Shown piece by piece: positions 49,431 to 61,568 of a stretch of 64,000 nucleotides of DNA (positions within the stretch are counted from its first letter, which is position 1; each line of letters opens with the position of its first letter). The notes beneath the pieces were generated by a model. The model was given only the letters and a program-made list of their open reading frames with translations, was not told where the DNA came from and searched no databases. The position numbers and the translations under genes are program-made. The DNA is taken from assembly GCF_041248615.1 (NCBI RefSeq), contig NZ_CP158426.1. The stretch is one strand, 5' to 3'. This stretch comes from Escherichia coli. GTDB lineage: Bacteria > Pseudomonadota > Gammaproteobacteria > Enterobacterales > Enterobacteriaceae.

Positions 49431-49946
49431 ATGTCCATCCGTTTTGCCCGCAAAGCCGACTGTGCTGCCATTGCGGAAATTTATAACCACGCCGTGTTGT
49501 ATACGGCGGCTATCTGGAATGACCAAACGGTGGATGCTGATAACCGCATTGCCTGGTTTGAAGCGCGGACCATAGCAGGTTATCCGGTGCTGGTGAGTGA
49601 AGAAGATGGCGTCGTTACAGGATATGCCTCGTTTGGCGACTGGCGTAGTTTCGATGGTTTTCGCCATACCGTGGAACATTCGGTTTATGTCCATCCCGAT
49701 CATCAGGGCAAAGGTCTGGGGCGTAAATTGTTAAGCCGATTGATTGATGAAGCGCGGGATTGCGGGAAGCATGTCATGGTCGCCGGGATCGAATCGCAAA
49801 ATCAGGCTTCGCTGCATCTCCACCAGTCGCTGGGATTTGTCATCACCGCACAAATGCCGCAGGTGGGCACTAAATTTGGGCGCTGGCTGGATCTGACATT
49901 TATGCAGTTGCAACTCGACGAACGCAGTGAACCGGACGCAATCTGA
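49431..49946 (+). CDS. mnaT: L-amino acid N-acyltransferase (GNAT)
   Basis: 171-aa GNAT acetyltransferase; position and sequence as recalled for MnaT/YncA. Confidence 0.85.
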   Translation: MSIRFARKADCAAIAEIYNHAVLYTAAIWNDQTVDADNRIAWFEARTIAGYPVLVSEEDGVVTGYASFGDWRSFDGFRHTVEHSVYVHPDHQGKGLGRKLLSRLIDEARDCGKHVMVAGIESQNQASLHLHQSLGFVITAQMPQVGTKFGRWLDLTFMQLQLDERSEPDAI

Positions 49947-50395
49947 TGAATCAGTCGCTTACCCTTGCCTTTTTGATTGCCGCCGGGATTGGTCTGGTAG
50001 TCCAGAACACGCTGATGGTGCGCATCACTCAGACCTCCTCAACCATTCTCATCGCCATGTTGCTGAACTCTTTGGTAGGAATTGTGCTGTTCGTTTCTAT
50101 TTTATGGTTTAAACAAGGCATGGCGGGGTTTGGCGAACTGGTGTCCAGCGTGCGCTGGTGGACACTTATACCTGGCTTGCTGGGATCGTTTTTTGTCTTC
50201 GCCAGTATCAGCGGATATCAGAATGTGGGAGCGGCGACAACTATTGCGGTACTGGTCGCCAGCCAGCTGATTGGCGGTCTGGTGCTGGATATCTTCCGCA
50301 GCCATGGCGTACCACTACGGGCGTTGTTCGGCCCAATTTGTGGCGCAATTTTACTTGTGGTTGGTGCCTGGCTGGTGGCCAGGCGCACATTTTAA
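49946..50395 (+). CDS. ydcZ: Inner-membrane protein, DMT-like
   Basis: 149-aa hydrophobic protein; start overlaps mnaT stop. Confidence 0.85.
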   Translation: MNQSLTLAFLIAAGIGLVVQNTLMVRITQTSSTILIAMLLNSLVGIVLFVSILWFKQGMAGFGELVSSVRWWTLIPGLLGSFFVFASISGYQNVGAATTIAVLVASQLIGGLVLDIFRSHGVPLRALFGPICGAILLVVGAWLVARRTF

Positions 50396-50629
50396 TCAGA
50401 GGATGGTGCCGCCTTTGGTTAACTGTTCATGGCGCGCTTCCATATCTTCTTTATGCTTGCGACCGTGATGGGCGATCGCTGTGCGCAGACGCTGCTGCTG
50501 GGTGTAGCGATTTTCCCGACTTAACTCCGCGTCATCGCTCAGGGCGATTAATAATTCGTTCATATGGGCAATGACGCTCTCTTCAATCGCGGCATCCACG
50601 CGCGCGATGACTTCATCCAGATGCGACAT
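50396..50629 (-). CDS. ydcY: Uncharacterised small protein
   Basis: 77-aa ORF, conserved position. Confidence 0.8.
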   Translation of the reverse strand: MSHLDEVIARVDAAIEESVIAHMNELLIALSDDAELSRENRYTQQQRLRTAIAHHGRKHKEDMEARHEQLTKGGTIL

Positions 50630-50714
50630 ACTTTCTCCTTAGGCACTTGTGAAATTTATCGATTCATCCAAATGATATAAGTCTGCGTGGTGCCGTCAAG
50701 CCAGTGAGTAAGAT

Positions 50715-50888
50715 TTAAAACAGTGAAAACAACAGCGCCACCGGGAAACTCATCGGCCATGTTGCCCCCACCAGAAAGGCGCTTAAGAAACGGATGCGTT
50801 TCTTATCGTGAGAAAGAAACCAGGTGATAAGAAATGCGATTGCTGCCATAACCGCATAAAAAACAAGCATGTGTTGATAGAGAGACAT
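50715..50888 (-). CDS. ortT: Orphan membrane toxin related to TisB
   Basis: 57-aa hydrophobic peptide MSLYQHMLVFYAVMAAIAFLITWFLSH... Confidence 0.8.
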   Translation of the reverse strand: MSLYQHMLVFYAVMAAIAFLITWFLSHDKKRIRFLSAFLVGATWPMSFPVALLFSLF

Positions 50889-51274
50889 GTACGGGCGTCC
50901 AGCCAGATGAATAAAACGCGCGCAAATATGCGTCATTTTTTGACATGCATCAAGTTTTTTCACCAGTTTGAGAAAAAATCATCAAACAGCAACTTGCCCT
51001 TATCCATCTTCAGAATGAGTATTATTGCGGATTTTCTTAACCCGTACTATACACATAGGGGCAATGATAAAAGGTGGCAAAAATGAATGTTTCCAGTAGA
51101 ACTGTAGTACTGATAAATGTCTTTGCTGCTGTTGGTTTGTTTACTCTTATCTCTATGAGATTTGGCTGGTTTATTTGATGTAGTGATTTTGCACGCAGCA
51201 CGTACTGTCAGAGAAATCAGTGCTCTGACAGTACGCAAGATCTTCTCATACTCTTACGATCTGCAATATTATCC

Positions 51275-52699
51275 TTAATGTTTAACCATGACGTGGCGGA
51301 CGACGGTGTAATCCTCCAGCCCATAAAGTGACATATCCTTGCCGTAACCAGAAAGTTTCTGCCCACCGTGCGGCATTTCACTTACCAGCATGAAATGGGT
51401 ATTGACCCAGGTACAACCATATTGCAGCCGCGAGCTGACGCGATGCGCCCTGCCCACATCTTTCGTCCATACCGAGGATGCAAGTCCGTACTGGCTGTCA
51501 TTTGCCCAGTTTACCACCTGTTCTTCATTGTCGAAGAGCGTAACACTCACTACCGGACCAAATACCTCTTTTTGCACGATGGCATCGTCCTGTAATGCGC
51601 CAGCCAGTAGCGTCGGCGCATAGTAATAGCCATTACCCTTGCGCTTTTCACCGCCAGTGATCACTTTGATGTGCCCTGTCGCTTTCGCCTCTTCTACTGC
51701 CTTGCTGACGCGTTCGAGATGCGCCAGCGAGCTTAAAGGTCCAAGCTCCGTAGACTCGTCATCCGGCGCACCCGATTTTAACGTTGCCACCGCAGCACCC
51801 AGTTTTTCCACCAGCGTATCGTAAATGCCTTTTTGCGCGTAGATCCGACAAGCCGCAGTACAATCCTGTCCGGCATTGTAATAGCCAAATGTACGTACAC
51901 CTTCGACCACTGCTTCAATATCCGCATCATCAAAAACAATCACTGGCGCTTTGCCACCAAGTTCCATATGAGTACGCTTAATGGACGGCGCAGTATGGCT
52001 GATGATGTGTTCCCCAGTGGCGATAGAGCCCGTCAGCGACACCATCCGCACTTTGGGATGACCGGTCAGCGGATCGCCCACCGTTTTGCCTCTGCCAAAC
52101 AGTACATTAATCACGCCAGCCGGGAAGATATCTTTCGCCAGCTCTGCCAACTTCAACGCGGTCAGCGGGGTAATTTCTGATGGTTTAAGCACTACGCAGT
52201 TCCCTGCCGCCAGCGCCGGAGCCAGTTTCCACGCAGCCATCATCAGCGGATAATTCCACGGTGCGATAGAAGCCACGACCCCCAATGGATCGCGACGGAT
52301 CATCGAAGTATGACCTTCAAGATATTCACCTGCCGCCAGACCATTCAGGCAGCGAGCTGCTCCGGCGAAAAAGCGAAAGACATCGACAATCGCCGGGATT
52401 TCATCATTGAACGCACTATGCAGCGGTTTGCCACAATTACGGGACTCCAGTTCGGCAAAAACCTGACCATTTTCTTCGATAACATCAGCCAGTTTCAGCA
52501 GACATTCCGCACGCACTTTCGGCGTGGTTTGCCCCCATTCGGCAAATGCTGCATCTGCCGCGCGCACAGCAGCATCGACCTGCTCTGCGGATGCCTCGGC
52601 AATCTCCAGTAAAACGTCCCCCGTTGCCGGATTATAAACAGGCTGTTTTTCCCCTTCGCCGCTAACCAGTTCTCCGTTAATCAGTAACTTATGTTGCAT
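51275..52699 (-). CDS. patD: Gamma-aminobutyraldehyde dehydrogenase
   Basis: 474-aa aldehyde dehydrogenase with catalytic Cys context (GQDCTAA) and Glu (ELGGKAP). Confidence 0.92.
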   Translation of the reverse strand: MQHKLLINGELVSGEGEKQPVYNPATGDVLLEIAEASAEQVDAAVRAADAAFAEWGQTTPKVRAECLLKLADVIEENGQVFAELESRNCGKPLHSAFNDEIPAIVDVFRFFAGAARCLNGLAAGEYLEGHTSMIRRDPLGVVASIAPWNYPLMMAAWKLAPALAAGNCVVLKPSEITPLTALKLAELAKDIFPAGVINVLFGRGKTVGDPLTGHPKVRMVSLTGSIATGEHIISHTAPSIKRTHMELGGKAPVIVFDDADIEAVVEGVRTFGYYNAGQDCTAACRIYAQKGIYDTLVEKLGAAVATLKSGAPDDESTELGPLSSLAHLERVSKAVEEAKATGHIKVITGGEKRKGNGYYYAPTLLAGALQDDAIVQKEVFGPVVSVTLFDNEEQVVNWANDSQYGLASSVWTKDVGRAHRVSSRLQYGCTWVNTHFMLVSEMPHGGQKLSGYGKDMSLYGLEDYTVVRHVMVKH

Positions 52700-52720
52700 A
52701 GCATATTCCTGTATCAGTGG

Positions 52721-53515
52721 TTATTGACCATTGTCGCCTTCGCGGGTTAGCCACCAGGCCCCCAGGATCGGCAAGGTTGTTACCAACATAACCAGCAGTG
52801 CCACCACGTTGGTTACCGGTACATCACGCGGTCGCCCAAGCTGATTGAGCAACCACAACGGTAACGTTCGTTCATGACCTGCCGTAAAGGTCGTCACGAT
52901 GATTTCATCGAACGACAAGGCAAACGCCAGCATTCCTCCTGCCAGTAGCGCCGAACTGAGATTCGGCAACACTACGTAGCGGAAGGTTTGCCAGCCATTG
53001 GCCCCAAGATCCATTGATGCCTCAACCAGACTCCACGAGGTGCGGCGAAAACGGGCGATGACATTGTTAAACACCACCACTACGCAAAAAGTCGCATGGC
53101 CGACCACGATGGTGAAAAATCCCGGCTCCAGATTGATGGTTTTAAAGGCGGTTAATAGCGCCAGACCAGTGACAATGCCCGGCAGCGCAATGGGCAGCAG
53201 CAGTAACAGCGAAATGGCATTTTTGCCGAAAAAGTCTCGTCGCCACAGCGCAGCAGCTGCCAGCGTCCCTAACACCAGCGCGATTAATGTCGCCAGCGCT
53301 GCCACTTTAAGTGACAGTGTCACTGCATCAAGAATATCACTACGCTGTGCTGCCACGCTAAACCAGCGCAGCGTCAGGCCTTGCGGTGGAAAACTAAACG
53401 CCGCATCTTCAGTGTTAAAGGCATAGGCGGCGATAATCAGGATGGGAAAATGTAGGAAAACCACGCCGCCCCAGGCCGCCAGTTTGAGGAAAAACGGTGC
53501 GCGTTCAGAGTGCAT
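52721..53515 (-). CDS. ydcV: ABC transporter permease
   Basis: 264-aa polytopic permease; operon ydcSTUV. Confidence 0.88.
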
Positions 53516-54446
53516 CGAACGCTCCCAGACGTTTCACGAACGCCAGGTACAGTGCGATAAGAACAATCGGCACCAGGGTGAATGCCGCCGCCATCGGCAT
53601 ATTGCCAATCGCTCCCTGCTGGGAATAAACCATATTGCCGATAAAATATCCTGGAGGGCCAACCAGCTGAGGAACAATAAAATCGCCCAGTGTGAGTGAA
53701 AAGGTAAAGATAGAGCCAGCGGCAATACCAGGGATTGCCAGCGGCAGCACCACATAGCGAAAGGTTTGCCGTGGACGCGCGCCAAGATCAGCCGACGCCT
53801 GCAACAATGACAGCGGCAAACGCTCAAGCGCCGCCTGCACGGGCAGGATCATGAACGGCAACCAGATATAGAGAAACACCAGAAAGCGCCCCAGCCCGGA
53901 AGTTGACAGCGTATTGCCGCCCACCGCAGGTAATGTAAGGAACGCAGTCAGCAGTGGTTCCAGCCCAAGATGTTGTAAAAACCACTGAGCCACGCCATCT
54001 TTTGCCAGCAATAACGTCCAGGCATAGGCTTTAACAATGTAGCTCGCCCACATCGGCAACATTACCGCAATATAAAAAAACGCTTTCATTTTCCCGCTGG
54101 TATAGCGCGCCATATACCACGCCATTGGAAAAGCCAGAATGGCGCTGGCGATAGTGACTGCCACAGCCATAGTCAGCGTGCGGAGAATGATGTCGTAATT
54201 CGCCGGATTAAACAGCGCACGGATATTCGCCATCGTCAGTTCCGGCGTTACCGACATGGTGAAATCGTCAAAAGTATAAAAGCCCTGCCATAACAGCGTT
54301 AGCAGCGAGCCGAAATAGACAATGCCAAACCACATTAGCGGGCCAAGCAGCAGTAAAAACAGCCCCAGCCCCGGATTACGCCAGAAGAAACCGGACACCT
54401 TACCCAGACCTGGACGTGAAGGTGATTGCAATACATTCATCGCCAT
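53505..54446 (-). CDS. ydcU: ABC transporter permease
   Basis: 313-aa polytopic permease; 11-nt overlap with ydcV. Confidence 0.88.
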
Positions 54447-55460
54447 TCACCTCTCCTCAACCAGCGGCACCATCACATCACGCGACCAGGAAACCATCAC
54501 CTGTTGTCCGGGCGTGAGCGTGGCAGGCAGTTCTTCGCCTGTCATATTGGCCTGACTCACCAGCAGTTTTTCACCGCCGTTCAATTTCAGTTCAAAACGA
54601 GTTGCCGCGCCCTGATATTGCACCGCCTGGATCGTGCCATTGGCCTGCAGTTCACCAGGGGTGTTGAGGCGGATATGTTCCGGTCGCAGGGCGAAGCTTC
54701 CCGTCATGCCACAAAGTTTCTCTGCCATCAGTCCATCAAAAACATTCGATGTACCAACGAACCCGGCAACAAACGGCGTGCGCGGGCGCATATAGAGATC
54801 GCGCGGGGAATCGACCTGCTCAATGCGTCCATTATTGAAAACCGCCACACGATCGGACATCGATAACGCTTCGCCCTGATCGTGGGTAACGAAGATAAAA
54901 GTGATACCGAGAGACTGTTGCAGTTTTTTCAGTTCCAGCTGCATCTGCTCACGCAATTTGAGATCCAGTGCGCCGAGCGGTTCATCCAGCAATAACACAC
55001 GCGGTTCGTTCACCAGTGCTCTGGCGATGGCGACTCGCTGGCGCTGACCACCAGAAAGTTGTGACGGTTTGCGTTGCTGTACAAACCCCAACGCCACTTT
55101 CTCCAGCGCCTCTTGCGCCATTGCGTGCCGCTGCTTTTTATTCACGCCTTTGACCATCAGCCCATAGGCGACATTGTCAAGAATCGACATATGCGGAAAT
55201 AGTGCGTAGTCCTGGAAGACAGTATTCACGTCCCGCTCCCACGGTGGCAGATTGCTGGCGGGTTTACCAAAGATAGAGATAGCCCCGCCGGAAAGCTGTT
55301 CGAAGCCAGCAATCAGGCGCAGGCAGGTGGTTTTGCCGGAGCCGGACGGCCCCAGCATAGAGAAGAACTCACCATCTTTTATCGCAATACTGACGCCATC
55401 TACTGCGCGCACGTCACCGTACAACCGCGAGACGTTGTCAAACTCCACTGCGTACGTCAT
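54447..55460 (-). CDS. ydcT: ABC transporter ATP-binding protein (PotA-like)
   Basis: 337 aa, Walker A GPSGSGKTT, signature LSGGQRQR, Walker B LLLDEP. Confidence 0.9.
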   Translation of the reverse strand: MTYAVEFDNVSRLYGDVRAVDGVSIAIKDGEFFSMLGPSGSGKTTCLRLIAGFEQLSGGAISIFGKPASNLPPWERDVNTVFQDYALFPHMSILDNVAYGLMVKGVNKKQRHAMAQEALEKVALGFVQQRKPSQLSGGQRQRVAIARALVNEPRVLLLDEPLGALDLKLREQMQLELKKLQQSLGITFIFVTHDQGEALSMSDRVAVFNNGRIEQVDSPRDLYMRPRTPFVAGFVGTSNVFDGLMAEKLCGMTGSFALRPEHIRLNTPGELQANGTIQAVQYQGAATRFELKLNGGEKLLVSQANMTGEELPATLTPGQQVMVSWSRDVMVPLVEER

Positions 55461-55477
55461 AAAACACCCCAGCGAAG

Positions 55478-56623
55478 TTAGCGACCGCCCATAATGGCAA
55501 TGTAATCCTGCGTCCAGCGACTGTAGGGAACAAACTTGCCCCCTTCTGCTATAGGTGTTTTCCAGAAGGCGATTTTATCGAAATAGTTAAAACCGTTTGT
55601 TTCACACCCTTTCTCGCCTAATAACGGACTGGCTTTACACCCTTCCGGCACTACCGGTAACGAGCCAAACCAGGCCGCCACATCGCCCTGCACTTTTGGC
55701 GTTAATGACCAGTTCATCCATTTGTAGGCGCAAACCGGATGTTTCGCTTCACTATGTAGCATGGTGGTGTCAGCCCAACCGGTAACGCCCTCTTTCGGGA
55801 ATACGGTCGCGACAGGCTGGCCTTCGGCTTTCAGGGCGTTGGCCTGATAGGGCCATGCACTGGAAGCAACCACACCCTCGTTTTTGAAATCGCTCATTTG
55901 CACGGTAGTGTCATGCCAGTAGCGATGGATCAAACTATGTTGATCGCGCAGCACTTTCAGCACCGCCTGGTACTGTTCTTCGGTGAGTTGATACGGATCG
56001 CTGATGCCCAACTGCGGCTGAGTGGCTTTAACGAACAACGCAGCGTCCGCAATGTAGATAGGGCCATCATAAGCCTGAACGCGGCCTTTATTGCTCTTGC
56101 CGTCCGGCAGATTCTGCTCAACAAAAACCACTTGCCAGCTATCCGGCGGCGTCGGGAAGGTTTTAGTGTTGTACATCAGCAGGTTCGGCCCCCATTGGTA
56201 AGGTGTGCCATAAACTTTGCCGCCAACGTTAAACCAGTCGCCTTTAACCACGCGCGGATCGAGCGCTTTCCAGTTGGGAATCAAGGCGGTATTAATCGGC
56301 TGCACGCGTTTGCCCATAATCAGGCGCAGCGAGGCATCGCCGGATGCCGTAACCAGATCGTAACCCCCTTTGGTCATCAGACTGACCATTTCATCGGAAG
56401 TCGCGGCGGTTTTAACATTCACCGCGCAGCCTGTCTCTTTTTCGAATTGCGTTACCCAGTCGTATTGTTTATCAGTTTGTCCGCGTTCGATGTATCCCGG
56501 CCAGGCGATAATATCCAGTCGCCCTTCCGGTTTATCTAAATTGGTAGGCGGTTCGGCGGCGTGAGCGGTCATTATTGTCATGGTGAGCGCACACAGGCTG
56601 CTGCGGGCAAATGTCTTGCTCAT
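55478..56623 (-). CDS. ydcS: Periplasmic substrate-binding protein (PotD/PotF-like)
   Basis: 381 aa with signal peptide; operon position. Confidence 0.88.
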   Translation of the reverse strand: MSKTFARSSLCALTMTIMTAHAAEPPTNLDKPEGRLDIIAWPGYIERGQTDKQYDWVTQFEKETGCAVNVKTAATSDEMVSLMTKGGYDLVTASGDASLRLIMGKRVQPINTALIPNWKALDPRVVKGDWFNVGGKVYGTPYQWGPNLLMYNTKTFPTPPDSWQVVFVEQNLPDGKSNKGRVQAYDGPIYIADAALFVKATQPQLGISDPYQLTEEQYQAVLKVLRDQHSLIHRYWHDTTVQMSDFKNEGVVASSAWPYQANALKAEGQPVATVFPKEGVTGWADTTMLHSEAKHPVCAYKWMNWSLTPKVQGDVAAWFGSLPVVPEGCKASPLLGEKGCETNGFNYFDKIAFWKTPIAEGGKFVPYSRWTQDYIAIMGGR

Positions 56624-56867
56624 AAGGTCTTACTCCTGTCGTAATTAATTGTTCAGCCGCCGTGCCGTAAAAATATCTCCTTGTTTAACCATAGACGGCG
56701 GCTAGCAGGCACACCTTCGCCCCTGAGAAAATTTAATCAGGTTGTGAGCTACCGCGCATTATGCCGTCTGTAAGGTTATCTTCTGGAGTATAGACAAGGA
56801 GTTAGGAAATATGACTGCTATTCGAAATTCATATTACCCAACCTGAGAGGAATTTAATTAAACGCTA

Positions 56868-58274
56868 TTACAGCCGTTCTTGAATAAGTTTGCCTAATTG
56901 TTTAACCGCCTGTTCTTCACGTTCTCCCCACTGCCACGCGGTATTAAAACGGAAAAAACGTGACCAGTTTTCACCGGTAGAAAACATTTTACCCGGCGCA
57001 ATACTGATATGATGCGCCAGTGCCGCCAGGCTTAATTCGCCCGCATCTAACGGTTCGGGAAGCTCCAGCCAGAGAAAATAACCGCTGTCATTATGATGAA
57101 TTTTCACTTCCGCAGGCAGATAACGCAGCAGTGCTTGCCAGGCACGTTGTTTACGTTCCGCAAGCTGGCGACGCAGGCGACGAAGATGGGCGTCGTATCG
57201 GCGCGTGGAAAGGTAATCCACCAGAGCAAGCTGCATCGGTGAGCTGGTGGAAAGCGTACTCATCAACTGCAAGCGTTGAATTTTACGTGCATGTTTTCCG
57301 GCGGCGACCCAACCAATACGAAAACCAGGCACCAGACATTTCGAAAACGAAGAGCAATGCAAAACACCATCGTGGTGATCCCACGCTTTCGCAGGCAGCG
57401 GTTTTTCCCGTCCAAAATAAAGTTCGCTGTAAACGTCATCTTCAATCAGCGTTACGTTGTACTGATTGAGCAACGCTACCAGCCGCGCTTTTTTCTGCGG
57501 CGTTAAGGTAAATCCGAGTGGATTCTGGCTATTAGTCATCAGCCAGCACGCTTTCACCGGATACTCCTGCAACGCCAGTTCCAGCGCCTTGAGATCAATC
57601 CCTTCTTTAACGTCCGTCGCCACCGATAACGCCTTCAGCCGTAACCGCTCCAGCGCCTGCAACGCGCCGTAGAAACAAGGATTCTCTACTATCACCCAAT
57701 CGCCCGGTTCAGTGACCGCTTGTAAACTGAGGTTTAATGCCTCTAACGCCCCGGCGGTAATGACAATTTCATCAGGAGAAATAGTGATGCCCTGTAAGGC
57801 ATAACGACGAGCAATAGCCTGACGCAGTTCTGCGTTTCCTGGCGGTAAGTTTTCAATCACGCTCATCGCCGTGGCGGTTTTGCTTACCTGCGCCAGCGAG
57901 CGGTTTAGTTGTTGGAGGGGGAAAAGTCGCGGGTCGGGAAAGGCCGAGGCAAACGGAACTACCGACGGATCGCGACTGGCCTGCAACATATCAAAAATAT
58001 AGGTGTTGATATCGACTGCTTCATCTCGAGTGACAGGAATGACTGGCGCTTTCGGCATTTTTATTGCCTGTGGCGCAACGTAATAACCCGACTGCGGTCG
58101 AGCGATAATATGTCCCTGACTTTCGAGCAACTGATAGGCATGGCTGACAGTCATAAAGCTCATGCCAGAAAGCGCCACCTGGTCACGCAACGAAGGCAAA
58201 CGATCGCCAGGTTGCCAGATACCCGACGCAATCTGCTCGCGTAATTGTTCTGCAAGCTGCTGGTATTTTTTCAT
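56868..58274 (-). CDS. ydcR: MocR-family regulator (GntR HTH fused to aminotransferase-like domain)
   Basis: 468 aa; N-terminal GntR HTH, C-terminal PLP-fold domain. Confidence 0.88.
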   Translation of the reverse strand: MKKYQQLAEQLREQIASGIWQPGDRLPSLRDQVALSGMSFMTVSHAYQLLESQGHIIARPQSGYYVAPQAIKMPKAPVIPVTRDEAVDINTYIFDMLQASRDPSVVPFASAFPDPRLFPLQQLNRSLAQVSKTATAMSVIENLPPGNAELRQAIARRYALQGITISPDEIVITAGALEALNLSLQAVTEPGDWVIVENPCFYGALQALERLRLKALSVATDVKEGIDLKALELALQEYPVKACWLMTNSQNPLGFTLTPQKKARLVALLNQYNVTLIEDDVYSELYFGREKPLPAKAWDHHDGVLHCSSFSKCLVPGFRIGWVAAGKHARKIQRLQLMSTLSTSSPMQLALVDYLSTRRYDAHLRRLRRQLAERKQRAWQALLRYLPAEVKIHHNDSGYFLWLELPEPLDAGELSLAALAHHISIAPGKMFSTGENWSRFFRFNTAWQWGEREEQAVKQLGKLIQERL

Positions 58275-58352
58275 TATCGAATCGTAATTATGTGCAGATG
58301 ATTCGGCAGTCTATATCAGTTGTTAAAAATGACAACTTTTCGTTAACTGTAA

Positions 58353-58769
<417 letters not shown>

Positions 58770-58814
58770 AATTTCGACTGTCTCTCGCATGTCATTAACC
58801 TTTTTAATTGGCGA

Positions 58815-58991
58815 TTAACTCAAACCGAGTTGCTTCAGGATTGCTTTACGCAATGGTTCTTTTATCTCATCACTGGGGTGACGCGGCATGACACTGCGTC
58901 GCCCTTGAAACCTGAGTTTCAAATGGTTGCTGCCATTCGCCACATCGACGCCCTGAGATTCGAGCCAACGTCTGAACTCGCTTTGTTTCAC
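58815..58991 (-). CDS. hicA: HicA mRNA interferase toxin
   Basis: Manual translation from a GTG start: (M)KQSEFRRWLESQGVDVANGSNHLKLRFQGRRSVMPRHPSDEIKEPLRKAILKQLGLS (58 aa); too short for the ORF track. Confidence 0.8.
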   Translation of the reverse strand: MKQSEFRRWLESQGVDVANGSNHLKLRFQGRRSVMPRHPSDEIKEPLRKAILKQLGLS

Positions 58992-59212
58992 ATCACCTCC
59001 CTGCCGCTGAGTATATCAACAAAGTAAACATTAGTGTTTACCTCCGTGTGTAATTTGCTCGAAAATAGCACTAAATCGCCGCAACGGCAGAATGCAATGC
59101 AAAATCAGGAAGGAAGATTCCAGAATTTCTTTGCGCTAATTTGCAAAACTGAATAATAACCTCAAGAAACGATCGGCATCATAGCGGCAAAAGGTCAGAA
59201 AAAGGTGGTGGG

Positions 59213-59443
59213 ATGTTTTCGAAGGTGTTATCGGTTGTCTTATTAACGTGTGCGCTGTTCTCAGGACAACTCATGGCAGGGCACAAAGGACATGAATTTG
59301 TGTGGGTAAAGAATGTGGATCATCAGCTGCGTCATGAAGCGGACAGCGATGAATTGCGTGCTGTGGCGGAAGAGTCGGCGGAAGGTTTGCGCGAGCATTT
59401 TTACTGGCAAAAATCGCGCAAACCAGAAGCGGGACAGCGTTGA
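59213..59443 (+). CDS. yncJ: Uncharacterised secreted small protein
   Basis: 76 aa with signal peptide; sequence as recalled for YncJ. Confidence 0.8.
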   Translation: MFSKVLSVVLLTCALFSGQLMAGHKGHEFVWVKNVDHQLRHEADSDELRAVAEESAEGLREHFYWQKSRKPEAGQR

Positions 59444-59452
59444 GTCATTTGT

Positions 59453-59486
59453 TGCCGGATGCGGCATGACGCCTTACCCGGCAGGC
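59453..59486. repeat. REP-type extragenic palindrome
   Basis: tgccggatgcggcatgacgccttacccggcaggc resembles the E. coli REP consensus. Confidence 0.6.
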
Positions 59487-59534
59487 AATATCATGCAGAT
59501 TTGATGAGTTGTGAGTAACCAGAAAACTGGCGTT

Positions 59535-61496
59535 TTACCCTTTTCGCTTCGGTAAAGTTTTCAGCAGCTCATCCGGACTTACGGATGCCACTACGCTTCC
59601 CGGTAACGGCATTTTCAGTATGTGATTTTTGATTTTGCCAATGACGTGCATCTCGCATGGGCGGCAATCAAACTTTAGCGTTAACACTTCATCACCGTTA
59701 ACCAGTTGCATTGGCGTCGCCTTCCAGCTTTTGATATTGCCTTTCGCCTGTTTCGGGCACAGATTGAAGGCAAAGCGCAGACAATGCTTAGTGATCATCA
59801 CCGGGACTTCGCCCTTCTCTTCATGTGCCTCATACGCCGCGTCAATCAGCTGCACACCATAGCGATGATAAAATTCACGCGCTTTCTGGTTGTATACGTT
59901 CGCGAGGAAACTCAGATGCGTTTGCGGATAAACCGGCGCAGGATCAGCAACCGGTTTACGGCTGCCCCGCTGGTAACAGGCTAGACGTGCAGCATCCAGC
60001 ATGTCGGCGGCTTCACGGCGGAACTGGTTTAACAGACTGTTTGGTACAAACAGCGCCCCGGGCAAATTAATTTGCACATCGCGGGCGTAATAGATGGTTT
60101 GCCCCAGTTTTGCCAGACCATCCTTCAGATTGTTCATTGCTTTTTCGGCGTTATTGGCTTCGTCGAATTGCCCGTCCAGGGTATGCGTGACGCTGACACC
60201 CTCTTCACTGGTGAGGGTCAGAATCAGTTGTTCCTGCCAGCCGCCCAGTTCAATGTCTACCGCCACCCGACGTTCGCTGGATGTTTTTGTCAGTGCCTGC
60301 TGCCAGTTATGATCAAGATTACGGTTTAGTGGGTGATGCGGGCGAATTTTGTGCAAATCTGCTGGCATTTCATTTGGCCAGACGCGGTACTGATTTTCTC
60401 CGGTTTTCTCTACCGTATTGGCACGAAAACCGACTACTTCACGTTTAATCATCACGTTCAGGCCATCGCCATTTGCCAGTGGCTCGGTGACGGCAACATC
60501 AAGATGATCTTTCGCCACTTTCAATACTTCACCCACCGGCAGGCCGATAAATTTCGGCGAATCGAACGCGCCAATATCGCCTTTACGGGCATTCACAAAA
60601 TAATCTGTGCTACCACGGTGGAAAGTCTTTTCCGTCGATGGAACAAAGAAATGTTCAGTACGACCTGATGAAGCACGCGCCAGATCGCCACGTTCTTCAA
60701 TAATGGCATCCAGCATTTGGCGATAATGCGCGGTGATATTCTTCACGTAGCTCATATCTTTGTAACGCCCTTCAATCTTGAAGGAGCGCACGCCAGCATC
60801 AATCAGCGCGCCAAGGTTGGCAGTCTGATCGTTATCTTTCATCGACAGCAGATGTTTTTCATAAGAAACCACCCGCCCCTGATCGTCTTTCAATGTGTAT
60901 GGCAAACGGCATGCCTGCGAGCAATCGCCACGGTTGGCGCTACGCCCTGTTTGCGCATGAGAAATGTAGCACTGACCAGAATAGGCCACGCACAATGCAC
61001 CATGAATAAAGAATTCAATGGTCGCGTCCGTGGCCTGGTGAATCGCGCGGATCTGCTCAAGATTCAGCTCTCGCGCTAGCACTATCTGCGTGAAACCAAC
61101 ATCAGAGAGGAACTTCGCTTTTTCTACTGTGCGAATATCGCACTGCGTACTGGCGTGAAGTTCAATCGGCGGAATATCAAGTTCCAGAATCCCCATATCC
61201 TGAACAATCAGCGCATCGACGCCAGTCTGGTAGAGGTCGGTAATCAGCCGTTGCGCAGGTTCCAGCTCATCATCATGCAAAATGGTGTTAAGCGTGACGA
61301 AAATTTTTGCACCATAACGATGGGCAAATGGCACCAGTTCGGCAATATCTTTCAGGCTATTACTGGCATTATGACGGGCACCAAAACCAGGGCCGCCGAT
61401 ATAAACAGCATCGGCACCGTGCAAAATAGCTTCGCGGGCAATGGCGGCATCGCGTGCCGGGCTTAACAGTTCAAGTCGATGAGAAGATACGGTCAC
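59535..61496 (-). CDS. rlhA: Peptidase U32-family protein (23S rRNA 5-hydroxycytidine synthase)
   Basis: U32 collagenase-like family; 653 aa if started at the GTG I recall as the K-12 start (61496); the ORF-track frame extends to a GTG at 61538. Confidence 0.85.
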   Translation of the reverse strand: MTVSSHRLELLSPARDAAIAREAILHGADAVYIGGPGFGARHNASNSLKDIAELVPFAHRYGAKIFVTLNTILHDDELEPAQRLITDLYQTGVDALIVQDMGILELDIPPIELHASTQCDIRTVEKAKFLSDVGFTQIVLARELNLEQIRAIHQATDATIEFFIHGALCVAYSGQCYISHAQTGRSANRGDCSQACRLPYTLKDDQGRVVSYEKHLLSMKDNDQTANLGALIDAGVRSFKIEGRYKDMSYVKNITAHYRQMLDAIIEERGDLARASSGRTEHFFVPSTEKTFHRGSTDYFVNARKGDIGAFDSPKFIGLPVGEVLKVAKDHLDVAVTEPLANGDGLNVMIKREVVGFRANTVEKTGENQYRVWPNEMPADLHKIRPHHPLNRNLDHNWQQALTKTSSERRVAVDIELGGWQEQLILTLTSEEGVSVTHTLDGQFDEANNAEKAMNNLKDGLAKLGQTIYYARDVQINLPGALFVPNSLLNQFRREAADMLDAARLACYQRGSRKPVADPAPVYPQTHLSFLANVYNQKAREFYHRYGVQLIDAAYEAHEEKGEVPVMITKHCLRFAFNLCPKQAKGNIKSWKATPMQLVNGDEVLTLKFDCRPCEMHVIGKIKNHILKMPLPGSVVASVSPDELLKTLPKRKG

Positions 61497-61568
61497 ATTC
61501 TTATCCAGTAGCTGAAAAATGGCGGCTATTTTAGCCACAAGCGCGACGTTGCGAAATAGTTTTCCCGC